The notes beneath the pieces are model-generated. The model was not told the origin of the DNA. It did not search any database and worked only from the letters and a program-made list of their open reading frames with translations. A DNA stretch of 64,000 nucleotides, from assembly GCA_964367355.1 (NCBI GenBank), contig CAYIWY010000006.1, positions 15,968-79,967 of the forward strand, written 5' to 3'. Shown piece by piece: positions 1-9,422 of the stretch. The stretch comes from an uncultured Gammaproteobacteria bacterium. Its GTDB lineage: Bacteria; Patescibacteriota; Microgenomatia; Woykebacterales; RBG-16-39-9b. Each line of letters starts with the position of its first letter. Position 1 is the first letter of the stretch. The translations under genes and the position numbers were made by a program.

Positions 1-159
1 CTTTTTGAAAAAGATGGGGTTCCTATTGCAAACCAAGTGCAAGATTTGCTCATCACTGACGGAACAGCCTCTCGAAATTACAGAATTAACTTTTCTGCTT
101 CAGGTTTAGTTTGTGAAGAAAAAGCTAGTATAAGTCCAAGTGTTTGTGCAGCTCCTTAA
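1..159 (+). CDS. 3' end (C-terminal about 52 aa) of an unidentified CDS entering the window
   Basis: Open frame 1 runs from the window edge to TAA at 157-159; no recognisable motif. Confidence 0.3.
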   Translation, partial: LFEKDGVPIANQVQDLLITDGTASRNYRINFSASGLVCEEKASISPSVCAAP

Positions 160-168
160 AGATCTTTC

Positions 169-1950
169 TTATGACTTAAGGTGTTTAAACTGTGCTTTAT
201 ACATCTGCTCAATTTCTTTAACCGTCGTCGCATCCTCAGCTCTTTTGGAACTGCCCCGGAATGAAACTAATCTTGGAAAACGCAGTGCGTACCCGGGCTC
301 ATCATCTTTCTTTCCAGCCGTATGTAAAGGGCTGCGGGTGATCTCATCGGCAAATATTTCCAAAACAATTTCCGGTTCAACCCAAACTGAAGGCGTTATT
401 AAAGAGTTAACCCGGGCGCTCTTGTGGTCAAGTTTATTTTTGTCAGCCATTTCTTTTACTTTCCGCCACTCATCGTCTGTCAGACCAGTCCCGATTCTGC
501 TAATTGACTCGAAAGTATCTTCCTTATCGTTGTAAACCCCGACCAAAAGTCCACCCACGCCAAAATTAGTCCGTTTTCCGGTGCCAAAAATGTAACCGAG
601 CACAACACAGTCAACCGTATCGGAAAGTTCTCCGCCAATCATCCGTTTGAACTTGATCCAGTTAAAATTTCGCGCACCGGCTTGATAGGGTGAATCTAAT
701 TTCTTAATCATCACCCCTTCCAACCCTTCGGTTATCGCCTCTTCAAATTGTGTCGTTAGGTCACCCGCACTGTGGGCAATCTTACCGATTGCTTCCATAA
801 CCGTAACCGAATCATCCCGAATAATATCTTTTAGCTTCCTTCTACGTTCTTCGTATGAGAGCTTGGTAATATCTTTTCCGTTTAAATAAAGCAAATCAAA
901 ACAAAACAGTTTCAAAGGCATTTTTTCAGCTGCTTCTGCCACTCCATACTTACGACGGCGCTTAGTGGTTTCCTGAAATGGCAAGAACTCACCAGTTACT
1001 GGATTATAAGCAATCGCTTCTCCCTCCAAAATTACACTTTTAGCCTCAATTTCTTCCTTAGAACCTTGAACTAGGTCTGGAAAAGAATTGGTAAAGTCTT
1101 CGAGATTTCGGGAAAAAATCCGGATTTTGTCACCATCAATGTGCACTTGGCAACGAAAACCATCAAATTTTGGCTCGACCGCAAAACTGTCACCCATTCT
1201 TTTAACAACTGCTTCTGCATCAGGCAAACGTTCTGCCAAGGCGGGACGCATTGGTTTACCAACTTGAAGTTCCACCTGATCAATCGCTTTTATTCCTTTC
1301 TCCCAAAAAACCTTGGCGACAAATCCAAGGTCGCTGGTTTTGTTGTAGGCTTCTTCGAGATTTTTACGCAAACTTTTATCTTTAACTTTGGCGGTTGACA
1401 GCGCGTCTAAAACTGTCGGATCACCAATTCCAAGCCTAGTCAACCCGAGCGGCACGCGTACTAAATGTTTGGCACCAGCGGGATTAACTTTTTTTAAAAT
1501 GTCAGCAAACTGGGAGATTTTCTTCTCCACTGAACCTTCACCGTTAGTTTGAGCAATTTTTAATAAAACTTCATGAACATCACTGACCGATACATCTGAA
1601 TTCTTAACTTTTGCGTCAGCAAATGCTGCGCTTCCAGGCGCATGTTTTAATTCTGAGTTCAATTTCTGAGCGGCTAACCCCTGGTCTCCGGTTTTCTCGG
1701 CCAGTTTAGCCACTTTCTCCCGATCGATAACGTAGGCTAAGGCTATCGCTTGTTCAACTGTTTTTTCGGCCATACCAATCTCAGTTGAATCAAAAAAAGG
1801 CACGACCCTTCCTTGAATTAAGTAACAAATTTTATCAATCTCGTTGGCATCTGAATTAACAAAAACTTCTGATAGTATTTGTATCAGTTCGTTACGTTTT
1901 GTTTCGGATTCAAGTTTTTCAAAATAATCGGCTAGCTTTGAGAATTTCAT
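169..1950 (-). CDS. ATP-dependent DNA ligase
   Basis: 593 aa; adenylation motif I KxDG (EPKFDGFRCQVH); ligase-like OB-fold tail; clean ATG start MKFSKLADYF. Confidence 0.85.
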   Translation of the reverse strand: MKFSKLADYFEKLESETKRNELIQILSEVFVNSDANEIDKICYLIQGRVVPFFDSTEIGMAEKTVEQAIALAYVIDREKVAKLAEKTGDQGLAAQKLNSELKHAPGSAAFADAKVKNSDVSVSDVHEVLLKIAQTNGEGSVEKKISQFADILKKVNPAGAKHLVRVPLGLTRLGIGDPTVLDALSTAKVKDKSLRKNLEEAYNKTSDLGFVAKVFWEKGIKAIDQVELQVGKPMRPALAERLPDAEAVVKRMGDSFAVEPKFDGFRCQVHIDGDKIRIFSRNLEDFTNSFPDLVQGSKEEIEAKSVILEGEAIAYNPVTGEFLPFQETTKRRRKYGVAEAAEKMPLKLFCFDLLYLNGKDITKLSYEERRRKLKDIIRDDSVTVMEAIGKIAHSAGDLTTQFEEAITEGLEGVMIKKLDSPYQAGARNFNWIKFKRMIGGELSDTVDCVVLGYIFGTGKRTNFGVGGLLVGVYNDKEDTFESISRIGTGLTDDEWRKVKEMADKNKLDHKSARVNSLITPSVWVEPEIVLEIFADEITRSPLHTAGKKDDEPGYALRFPRLVSFRGSSKRAEDATTVKEIEQMYKAQFKHLKS

Positions 1951-2200
1951 ATTAGGTTCATTTCAACTGTTCTTAAATATAACTTTATAGATCAATTAAT
2001 AGTAATGTAATCTTTCTTCTAGGCTTATTATACTCCAATAAGATTTTCTTTTCTAAAACCAAAGGTAGGACTTTACTTTTGCGAAAGCAATTGATTCCGA
2101 TACTTTTACGAAGCAAATGAAAGGTACTCCTTTACAGAAAGTCGTTTTTCGTATAGATTCATTGAAATTTAGACTCGATTACATCTACAATTAACTTGTT

Positions 2201-4213
2201 ATGAGTTTGCCCAATTTATCTGTCACTGCAATCAACTTTAGGGAGGTTTTTTTAGTACCTAAAGTTTTTAAATTAAATTACCTCAAAAAACATCATGTTC
2301 TTTTTGCAGTTGAGATTGTTACTCTGAGCTTGGCTGGCTTAGCACTTGCAGTTATTGTACTTTCTGTAATTGGTGAACTTGCCTCGAAACCTGAGATTGT
2401 AAACGTGTATCCGGCAAATATAGAAAATAAAGCTGCAGTGAGTGAACCAATCACAGTCAACTTCAACCATCCAGTTAACCAAAATTCCTTAAAAGCCGAA
2501 ATTACCCCTACAGTTGAGGGTAACTGGGTTTTTTCTCAAGGCAATGGAGTTTTTTTTGAAAAAAAATTAGTGTTTGAACCAGACGTAACACTACAACCAG
2601 ACACAACTTATTCCGTTAGCTTAATAAATATCCAACCAGTTTCAGGTTTGGTTAATCCATACAACTATTCTTTTAGCTTTCGCACTAAAAAACTACCAGG
2701 AATCAGTTCTGACCAAAAATTATTGATTGGGCCGAATGACAACGTCGTCATAAACCTTGACACGGCCAATGATCATATGGCTGATTTTAGCTTTAGTTTT
2801 TCACCAACAGTTGATTTTAGTCAAAATCTTAGCCAAGACAATAAACAATACATCCTTACCCCCTCGTCTCCTTTGAAACAAGGTTCAAATTACCAACTTA
2901 CAATCGTAAAAACGGCCGTTAGTTACAACCTTAAAACTAATAAGCGGATCGAAAGAGCGTCTGTCGTATATGATTTAAAAACTAAAAAAGTGGTTGAGGG
3001 CGTCCAACCTTCTCCGGAAAAATCATTAAACTTTCTTACTTTATCTCAACCCACAATTCTCTCTGTGTCTTCCAAAGGAGATGCTGCATCGACTGGTCCA
3101 ATTACAATCAACTTTGATAAAGAAATGGATAAGTACTCAGTTGCAAGTTTACTGAGCATTAATCCAAAAGTGGACTACACCTTAAACTGGGCTGATGGCA
3201 AAACTTTGACACTCTCCCCAAATAAAACCTTGCCCTTTGGTACTAATTATCAATTAACTTTCACAAAAGGAACTAAAGCCACAGACAGTACATTCTTTGA
3301 AAATGATTTTGTTAACCAATTTACAACTATTGGTAATGTAAAGGTAAGCCAATTCACCCCTTCAAATGGTTCAAAAACTGCTGCAATCGGGTCAAAAATT
3401 TACACTACTTTTAATCAAACTGTTGATAAACAAAGCGCCCAAAGCAATTTTACAATTTCCCCAACAATTTCCGGATCTTTTAGCTGGAACCAGAATATGA
3501 TGATTTTCACACCCACATCTCCCTTTCCCTACAGCACAACTTACAACGTAACTATAAAAAGTGGGGTTAAAAGTTTGACCGCGCTTGATTCAATAACTGA
3601 ATTTAAAACAACCTTCACAACCGCAAGTCTTTATGAGGTGGTTAAGTTGACCGTACCGATTGTTAAACAAAAATACTCTCTCTCCTGTGAGTTTGCCAAT
3701 ATGAAAATGGCTCTCGCTTACAAAGGCGTTAATAAATCTGAAGATGAGCTGATTGCAGAAACACCATTCGACAACACGCCCCATTCAGGTGACATTTGGG
3801 GTGACCCTGCTCTGGGATTTGTCGGAAATTACAACGGCACTTACTTTGGTGATGGTTACGGTGCTTACTATCCAGTAATAGTTAATGAGATTTCAAAATA
3901 CCGACCAGCAGAGGCCCATGTTGGTTGGAACGTTGCTTCTTTACTTGCCGAAGTTAAAGCCGGCAACCCAGTAATTATTTGGTCTTGTCTAGTTTGTCAC
4001 AACCCTCGTTACTGGAATACTCCAGACAGCCGCCAAATTTATGCTTACGAGTATTACCACATGATGACAGTCGTGGGCTACACCGGAACAGTCGACAACC
4101 CCCAATCGATTGTCTTGAACGATTCTTATTCTGGCCGACAAATCAGTTACTCAAAAAGCCAATTTTCATCCCGTTGGTCAATTATGAACAATACTGCTGT
4201 TGTGGTTAAATAA
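2201..4213 (+). CDS. Membrane-anchored surface protein with repeated Ig-like (SbsA-like) domains and a C-terminal peptidase C39-like (papain-fold) domain
   Basis: N-terminal TM (VLFAVEIVTLSLAGLALAVIVLSV); repeated about 100-aa beta-rich modules; C-terminal QKYSLSCEFANMKMALAYKG ... YHMMTVVGYTG Cys/His pair typical of Peptidase_C39_2. Confidence 0.6.
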   Translation: MSLPNLSVTAINFREVFLVPKVFKLNYLKKHHVLFAVEIVTLSLAGLALAVIVLSVIGELASKPEIVNVYPANIENKAAVSEPITVNFNHPVNQNSLKAEITPTVEGNWVFSQGNGVFFEKKLVFEPDVTLQPDTTYSVSLINIQPVSGLVNPYNYSFSFRTKKLPGISSDQKLLIGPNDNVVINLDTANDHMADFSFSFSPTVDFSQNLSQDNKQYILTPSSPLKQGSNYQLTIVKTAVSYNLKTNKRIERASVVYDLKTKKVVEGVQPSPEKSLNFLTLSQPTILSVSSKGDAASTGPITINFDKEMDKYSVASLLSINPKVDYTLNWADGKTLTLSPNKTLPFGTNYQLTFTKGTKATDSTFFENDFVNQFTTIGNVKVSQFTPSNGSKTAAIGSKIYTTFNQTVDKQSAQSNFTISPTISGSFSWNQNMMIFTPTSPFPYSTTYNVTIKSGVKSLTALDSITEFKTTFTTASLYEVVKLTVPIVKQKYSLSCEFANMKMALAYKGVNKSEDELIAETPFDNTPHSGDIWGDPALGFVGNYNGTYFGDGYGAYYPVIVNEISKYRPAEAHVGWNVASLLAEVKAGNPVIIWSCLVCHNPRYWNTPDSRQIYAYEYYHMMTVVGYTGTVDNPQSIVLNDSYSGRQISYSKSQFSSRWSIMNNTAVVVK

Positions 4214-4229
4214 AGAAACGGAAGAAAAA

Positions 4230-4262
4230 AACTGCGCTGTCTCATTTGAAACAACGCAGCTT
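4230..4262. terminator. Bidirectional hairpin between convergent genes
   Basis: AACTGCG ... CGCAGCT stem flanked by A-run upstream and T-run downstream. Confidence 0.4.
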
Positions 4263-4271
4263 TACTTCTCT

Positions 4272-5420
4272 CTACTTCACCGACTCTCCAATCCAATCTT
4301 GAACAGTCACGCCTGGGTGCTGATTAAGAGCCGAAACGAGACCTTGATTAATCTGATGAGCGATTAGAGGTCCTTCATAAATCGCTCCTGTCCAAACCTG
4401 AACCGCCGTTGCTCCGTTGAAAATCTTAGTTAGCGCATCAATTGCGTTAAAGATTCCACCGGCGGCAATGATAGTTAGCTTTCCCTGTGTATGCTGATAA
4501 ATGTACTTAACAATCGCTGTCGACATGACGGAAAGCGGACGTCCACTCAAACCACCAACTTCGTCCCGATTTTGGCTCATCAGTCCTACACGTCGGAAGG
4601 TTGTGTTAGTCGCGATAACCCCCTGAATGTCGCGAGCAGTGATAACATCAAGCACGTCGTCGAGTTGCTCCCAGGTCAGGTCTGGAGCAATCTTGACGAA
4701 AATAGGTTTGCCAGGGAAAAACCCCGCTCTTGCTTTCAACAACTCGTCGAGTAGGTTTGCGAACGCGTCTCGGTGCTGAAAATCACGCAGACCAGGTGTG
4801 TTGGGTGAACTTACATTGACAGCGATATACTGTCCACGACGCGCCAATTGCTTGGCAACGACAACGTAGTCAGCTACTGCTTGTCCCAAGTCCACACTAA
4901 TCTTGTTCGCACCGATACTTATACCTATTACAAAACTAGCCGGCATTTTCACTGACAGGTTTCTATCAACCACGGCAGCACCAGGACTGTTGAAACCCAT
5001 GCGGTTGATCAGTGCTCGATCTTCCTTTAACCGAAAAACTCTTGGCTTAGTGTTACCTATCTGGGCTACCGGCGGAACAGTCCCTTCTTCGACGTGACTG
5101 AACCCAAGTGAGTTCAACGCACGTGGTGCGAGACCGAACTTATCGAAACCGGCTGCCATACCAACCGGACTCCGCAACCAAAGGTCTGGAGCAATCTGTA
5201 CTCGCAGTCGCGGATCGGTTGGAATAAACAATCGCCCAACAAGTCTTGAAAACAGTGGGACTTGACCGTAAAGATGAGCGAGCCGTAAAGTTCGTTCATG
5301 AACAGTTTCTGCATCCAACCTAGACAGGAGTGGAAAGATAACTGACTTGTACACTAAATCAACCTCCCTACTTTGACGCCAAGAATTTCTCCCTAACGAC
5401 CCTCGGATTTTAAAGTGCAA
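4272..5420 (-). CDS. pyrD: Dihydroorotate dehydrogenase (quinone), class 2
   Basis: GFDKFG, NRMGFNSPG, IGANK motifs of class-2 DHODH; N-terminal membrane-association extension; true start may be slightly internal. Confidence 0.8.
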   Translation of the reverse strand: MHFKIRGSLGRNSWRQSREVDLVYKSVIFPLLSRLDAETVHERTLRLAHLYGQVPLFSRLVGRLFIPTDPRLRVQIAPDLWLRSPVGMAAGFDKFGLAPRALNSLGFSHVEEGTVPPVAQIGNTKPRVFRLKEDRALINRMGFNSPGAAVVDRNLSVKMPASFVIGISIGANKISVDLGQAVADYVVVAKQLARRGQYIAVNVSSPNTPGLRDFQHRDAFANLLDELLKARAGFFPGKPIFVKIAPDLTWEQLDDVLDVITARDIQGVIATNTTFRRVGLMSQNRDEVGGLSGRPLSVMSTAIVKYIYQHTQGKLTIIAAGGIFNAIDALTKIFNGATAVQVWTGAIYEGPLIAHQINQGLVSALNQHPGVTVQDWIGESVK

Positions 5421-5445
5421 AAAAAACTGCTCAAGGGGCAGTTAA
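5419..5445 (-). terminator. Rho-independent terminator downstream of the fic gene
   Basis: AACTGC-loop-GCAGTT stem followed by T-run on the minus strand. Confidence 0.4.
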
Positions 5446-5519
5446 CTACCGCAGTATAAACTGATGTTTGCAAAAAATGAAGTTGCTATTTCAAAACATA
5501 TCTCGGAAGATCATTTTGG

Positions 5520-6578
5520 CTACTTCAAAATGTAAACCGCAGCTTTAGTTGAACCACGTTTTTTGACAATTTTATTAACCATTAACCCTCTCAAATCCCG
5601 CAAGATAGTGTCATCAGAAACCATTGGAAATAATTCGCGAAAAATCGAATTATTTATTTGACTATTTTTATCTAAATACTCAATGATTTTAATTTGGCGG
5701 CTGTTTAAGGCAATTTGCCCTTGCTTCCCTTTCAGCCGGAGGTCGATTGAAAGTTTTTTAACTTTTTCTTTGATCCGGTTAATTTCAACTGATAATCCTT
5801 CGGTAAAGTATTCCAGCCAAGTTGTTAAATCTCGCTCTGACTCATCGACAATCAACTGATCAGAGGCGGACTGCAAAGCTTTGTAGTAACCGGCAATATC
5901 CTGATCGTAATATTCTTCCAAAGAAAAGAAGCGCTTCACATCGTAATCATCTTTAAAAAGACTCAAGGTTGCCACTGCCCTGGCGGTTCGACCATTGCCT
6001 TCAGTAAAAGGGTGGATGCGGACAATTTCGTATAAAGTAATTCCGGCTTTAAGAATCGGTGAAAGTTTCTTGGCTTCAGAGGAGTTTAACCAAGTTAAAA
6101 GATTTTCAACTTGAGTATTAATCTCGATTGGATCCGGTGGTGTGAAAGTAACTTGCCCAGTTTCAACTCCACGAACGACAACCTTAACCAACCGAAAACT
6201 ACCAACCTGGTCTTCGGGCACAAGTTTCTGAACTGTGAGTTTGTGAACCTGGAGAAGAGTTTCTTTGTCAATCTCGTCTTTGTTCTTACCTTCTTTATTA
6301 ATAAAATCAACAACGTTGCGGTAATTTAAGACTTCTTGAATATCTCTAGACCTAGCTTCGATTTGTTTACCTTCAATTACGTCTTTAGCTTCATCAAGTG
6401 TCAGGTCATTTCCTTCAATATGGGTTCCGTAATGAACTGCTCGAGTGAGCGCGTCTTCACGAAACTTTTCTTCCCAGACTGGAACTAGGGGTGAATTTTC
6501 GATAATCTCGCGCGCGGTTTCAATCTTGGCGACATTAGTTAAAATGGAATTTGTAATAACAAACTTTGGGTTGAACAT
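5520..6578 (-). CDS. Fic family protein (AMPylator/Doc-like) with C-terminal winged-helix region
   Basis: Canonical Fic motif HPFTEGNGRTARA. Confidence 0.85.
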   Translation of the reverse strand: MFNPKFVITNSILTNVAKIETAREIIENSPLVPVWEEKFREDALTRAVHYGTHIEGNDLTLDEAKDVIEGKQIEARSRDIQEVLNYRNVVDFINKEGKNKDEIDKETLLQVHKLTVQKLVPEDQVGSFRLVKVVVRGVETGQVTFTPPDPIEINTQVENLLTWLNSSEAKKLSPILKAGITLYEIVRIHPFTEGNGRTARAVATLSLFKDDYDVKRFFSLEEYYDQDIAGYYKALQSASDQLIVDESERDLTTWLEYFTEGLSVEINRIKEKVKKLSIDLRLKGKQGQIALNSRQIKIIEYLDKNSQINNSIFRELFPMVSDDTILRDLRGLMVNKIVKKRGSTKAAVYILK

Positions 6579-6695
6579 TGGAGTAATTATATCCCGCTAA
6601 AGCGTGATGTATTTTTCCTTAAGTCAAATTATAGCAGATAACCGCAGTATTACCGCAAAAAGAAAGACCGCCCCAGAAAAAATTTCTGAAACGGC

Positions 6696-6920
6696 CTAGC
6701 TACTCCTTTCTTTTACCCATTCACAACCAATGTGGCAAACGAGACAACGCCACCAATTCCTGTCAGCTGAAACTTTAGCCATGGCACCGTGATTTGAACA
6801 AGTCGGATATTCACGGCTGTAAAAAATAGCTAAACCAAACTCACCAAAGTCACCTTTAGGGTGAGTCATCGGAAGTTCCGTTAACCGCTCGCTCCGTACC
6901 CAAGTTGCTTGCCAGTCCAT
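6696..6920 (-). CDS. Small Cys/His-rich hypothetical protein (possible zinc ribbon)
   Basis: 74 aa; YPTCSNHG ... WWRCLVCHIGCEW; sits at the edge of a GC-rich islet. Confidence 0.35.
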   Translation of the reverse strand: MDWQATWVRSERLTELPMTHPKGDFGEFGLAIFYSREYPTCSNHGAMAKVSADRNWWRCLVCHIGCEWVKERSS

Positions 6921-7048
6921 CTCTCCTCCTTCTCTTACCTGGCTGGTAAGTTTGGTTATATTTTAACACAAGCGTGCAAACAACTCTTATAAGACATTGT
7001 TAAATATTATTTACAATTTAATTTCACTTGGCTATAAGTCTCTAAAAC

Positions 7049-7082
7049 TTGACAAGTAATCTTATAGTTGTATACTGCTCTT
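7049..7082 (+). promoter_or_regulatory. Sigma-70-like promoter for the 7267 gene
   Basis: TTGACA - 16 nt - TATACT. Confidence 0.5.
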
Positions 7083-7266
7083 CAAGAAATCCAAAATGAG
7101 GATTAGGAATCAGCTGATTCCGAAAAAGGAAGGGCGGCTCGGGAGGTGTCTATAGATCGTCTAAGGTAGCCCCAAAGGATGCGCGAGGGCAAAATAATCT
7201 CGTCCAGATTTTGGGCAAAGACTTTAGCCGTCGAAGGGACACGACGTGTAAATCAAGGGAAAAACA

Positions 7267-8163
7267 ATGAGATCTCGTCTAATCATCTTTGTGTTCGCAA
7301 TGTTCGCAGTGTTCGCCATTGCGTCCACTTCTGTCGGGCAAGGAAAATCCACAGACCAGCAAGAGAAGTTTGTGGCTACCGAACCGCTTTCGGATCAGGT
7401 TCAGGTGCTTGTAAGCATTGTCGCCGAAAACGACAGCAACCCGATTCTCGTTAGTTCGAACAAGCGTAAGCAACGCGAAGCGACCTGCGAAAACCCTGAA
7501 GTCATGACAACCCTGGCGGTGTCTGAGGAAGAGCGAGATGCTTCTATCGAAGAGGCGACACAACGTCTTCCCCACGATGTTACTCCGGAAGAAGTTGAGG
7601 AAGTCAAGGCTGCGGCTCCGGCCCAAGAATTCACTCGTCAGGTCTACGTCGACAACGCTGAGGCTATCGGCGACCCACCCGACCCGAATCAGGATCAGGA
7701 TGGAAAGAAGTTCGAAGCGTGGGTTGAGAAGGTGAAGAAGGCTGGATGCAACACCCAGGCTGTTCCCTCAACGGGGGGACGACTTGCTTCACCGGCGGCC
7801 CAATACTTCACTTCCGGGTGGAAGTCGTGCACAAACTCCACCTGGACTACCAATTCGGTTGGTGCCACGCTGGTCAAACTGACTCAGACTTCGCAGTGGT
7901 ACGTTGACTCCCGCGGTGTGCCCTACTACCCGTCGCGCTCCTTCTACTCTTACGCAGGGTGGGGTTGGGACGAAAAAGGTGCCCCCCAAGGCCAAACCGG
8001 AGTGGTTACGATCTGGTATGGAAGTCCGCTTCAGTACTACAACTGGACTGGGCAGAACTTCCACTTTTCGCGTTTCGGGATCGAGCTGTTCACGAAGTAC
8101 CTCAGGGTAGATCAGTACTTTGGTTATCAAGGAAGGTGTGGTATTTTCCCATGGCGGCCATGA
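7267..8163 (+). CDS. Secreted hypothetical protein (signal peptide; Trp/Tyr-rich C-terminal region), GC-rich
   Basis: MRSRLIIFVFAMFAVFAIASTSVGQG signal peptide; coding GC about 52% against about 38% surroundings; no recognisable catalytic motif. Confidence 0.6.
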   Translation: MRSRLIIFVFAMFAVFAIASTSVGQGKSTDQQEKFVATEPLSDQVQVLVSIVAENDSNPILVSSNKRKQREATCENPEVMTTLAVSEEERDASIEEATQRLPHDVTPEEVEEVKAAAPAQEFTRQVYVDNAEAIGDPPDPNQDQDGKKFEAWVEKVKKAGCNTQAVPSTGGRLASPAAQYFTSGWKSCTNSTWTTNSVGATLVKLTQTSQWYVDSRGVPYYPSRSFYSYAGWGWDEKGAPQGQTGVVTIWYGSPLQYYNWTGQNFHFSRFGIELFTKYLRVDQYFGYQGRCGIFPWRP

Positions 8164-8315
8164 TGTCGAACAACTGGAAGAAGTTGATCGTACTCATCGT
8201 ATTCGTGGTTCTGCTTATTGCGGCTTGGTTCATTTGGGCACGACCAGCTGAAGACCACCGCGACGGCAACGAAGGCAGCAGCATCGTCCTCTATTCCACA
8301 ACCTTGAGGACATGA
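8151..8315 (+). CDS. Small single-TM protein overlapping the end of the secreted-protein gene
   Basis: ATG at 8151; MAAMMSNNWKKLIVLIVFVVLLIAAWFIWARP... Confidence 0.35.
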   Translation: MAAMMSNNWKKLIVLIVFVVLLIAAWFIWARPAEDHRDGNEGSSIVLYSTTLRT

Positions 8316-8415
8316 CACGAGAGAGAGACTCGTTACAAAAAACCGAGTCTGTAGCAACAATCTGGCGTGGGATTCAAAATAAACTCCGCCAGGATCAGGT
8401 TCGGTAAGATAGTTT

Positions 8416-8459
8416 GGGCGGGTACTTGTCAGCAATGACTCTTACCCGCCTCTTTTTTT
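8416..8459 (+). terminator. Rho-independent terminator
   Basis: GGGCGGGTA ... TACCCGCC stem followed by TCTTTTTTT. Confidence 0.6.
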
Positions 8460-8827
8460 GTCCACACATCTCTTTTGTGGATAAAAATATTTACCGCACT
8501 TTTACCGCAACAACTAAATTATTTATTTTTCTAATAAAGTTAGTACACTTTTTCAGTACAACTCAATTAATGTCCTTTAAATTGGGCGACTTGAACCTAA
8601 ATTTTGACTTTCTCCTCTAACCAATCTCTATAAGTCTAGTTTTAATTTGCGCTTTTAAGTCCTAGAGTAATTTGCCTATGGGTTAGATGGTGCGTTTTTA
8701 GGTTGCTTTAGGGTCGGAGTTAATTTTAATTAGTGAATTTCTAAGGCTAGAAAACGCCTTGCGGACTTCTAAAGGCTCTAAAAAGAAAAGACCAGCGAGA
8801 ACAACAGTTCCACTGGTCTTTGAATTA

Positions 8828-9295
8828 CTAAGAAGCTCTCTTGGCTGGCTTTAGCATTCCTGCTTGCTTGTCAACTTCCTGGATTAACTCCAAGACAACC
8901 CTTCCCAAATCATCTTCGCTGACTTTTGTTTGCTTTACTTCTCGGTAATGGGCTTTATCACCTGCCGTAACAGTTAACTCCCAACCATCCATATAGGGAC
9001 GGGTCATAGCCGAAACTCGACAAAGTCTGGTGTAATCGTGGCTTTGACTAAGAACAACTTCAAAACTAAAAGCCGCCAACCAAAGCTTATAACCGCCCAC
9101 ATCTTTAGGTCTTACCACCAAATTGTCTTCTGTGTGATGGATCTCAACGAAAACTCCAAGTGGCTTAAGGCCTTCGTAGATCTCGCTGATAACCGAGCAT
9201 GCGATTTCACAGGAACGCCGAACCGAATCCAGGTCTTCCTCCAGAATCTCGATTGGATCGGTTATTCTACTCCCTAAAGGCAGATTAATTTTCAT
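8828..9295 (-). CDS. Hypothetical protein (155 aa), moderately GC-rich, divergent from clpB
   Basis: ORF with a hairpin terminator downstream (8788-8822); no recognisable motif. Confidence 0.5.
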   Translation of the reverse strand: MKINLPLGSRITDPIEILEEDLDSVRRSCEIACSVISEIYEGLKPLGVFVEIHHTEDNLVVRPKDVGGYKLWLAAFSFEVVLSQSHDYTRLCRVSAMTRPYMDGWELTVTAGDKAHYREVKQTKVSEDDLGRVVLELIQEVDKQAGMLKPAKRAS

Positions 9296-9362
9296 TCGTC
9301 TCTCCTTTTCTTTCCTGAATGTTTATTCTGGATACACCTTACTCCTACAAATGTCAAATTAG

Positions 9363-9389
9363 TTAGCAGTTAGGACTTGCAAGTGCTAG
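9363..9389. promoter_or_regulatory. CIRCE-like inverted repeat (HrcA-operator-like) overlapping the clpB promoter
   Basis: TTAGCAGTT-N9-AAGTGCTAG versus CIRCE TTAGCACTC-N9-GAGTGCTAA; 7 of 9 arm matches, exact 9-nt spacer. Confidence 0.4.
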
Positions 9390-9422
9390 GAATTTGTGAT
9401 AAATTAGGCGTGATGGAAATGC

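Noticed and set aside
140-535. 131-aa plus-strand ORF
   Set aside because: Lies entirely antisense within the well-supported DNA ligase gene and has no motif. Similar shadow ORFs (1071-1283, 1141-1398, 3590-3784, 4491-4754, 6095-6329, 10105-10572, 16899-17243, 28794-29183, 30735-31205 and others) were dismissed for the same reason.
7279-8130. Several 60-115-aa ORFs antisense to, or out of frame with, the 7267-8163 gene
   Set aside because: High GC produces long spurious open frames. The sense ORF has a promoter, signal peptide and terminator; the others have none.
9296-9376. CtsR box upstream of clpB
   Set aside because: Only a single GTCAAAT half-site, with no second direct repeat. The CIRCE-like inverted repeat fits better.
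9377-9422. N-terminal extension of clpB from a TTG at 9377 ([12 protein letters not shown])
   Set aside because: The ORF track counts alternative start codons as M. ATG at 9423 gives MEMRYEPP and is downstream of the promoter/CIRCE region, whereas the TTG start would lie inside the -10 element.
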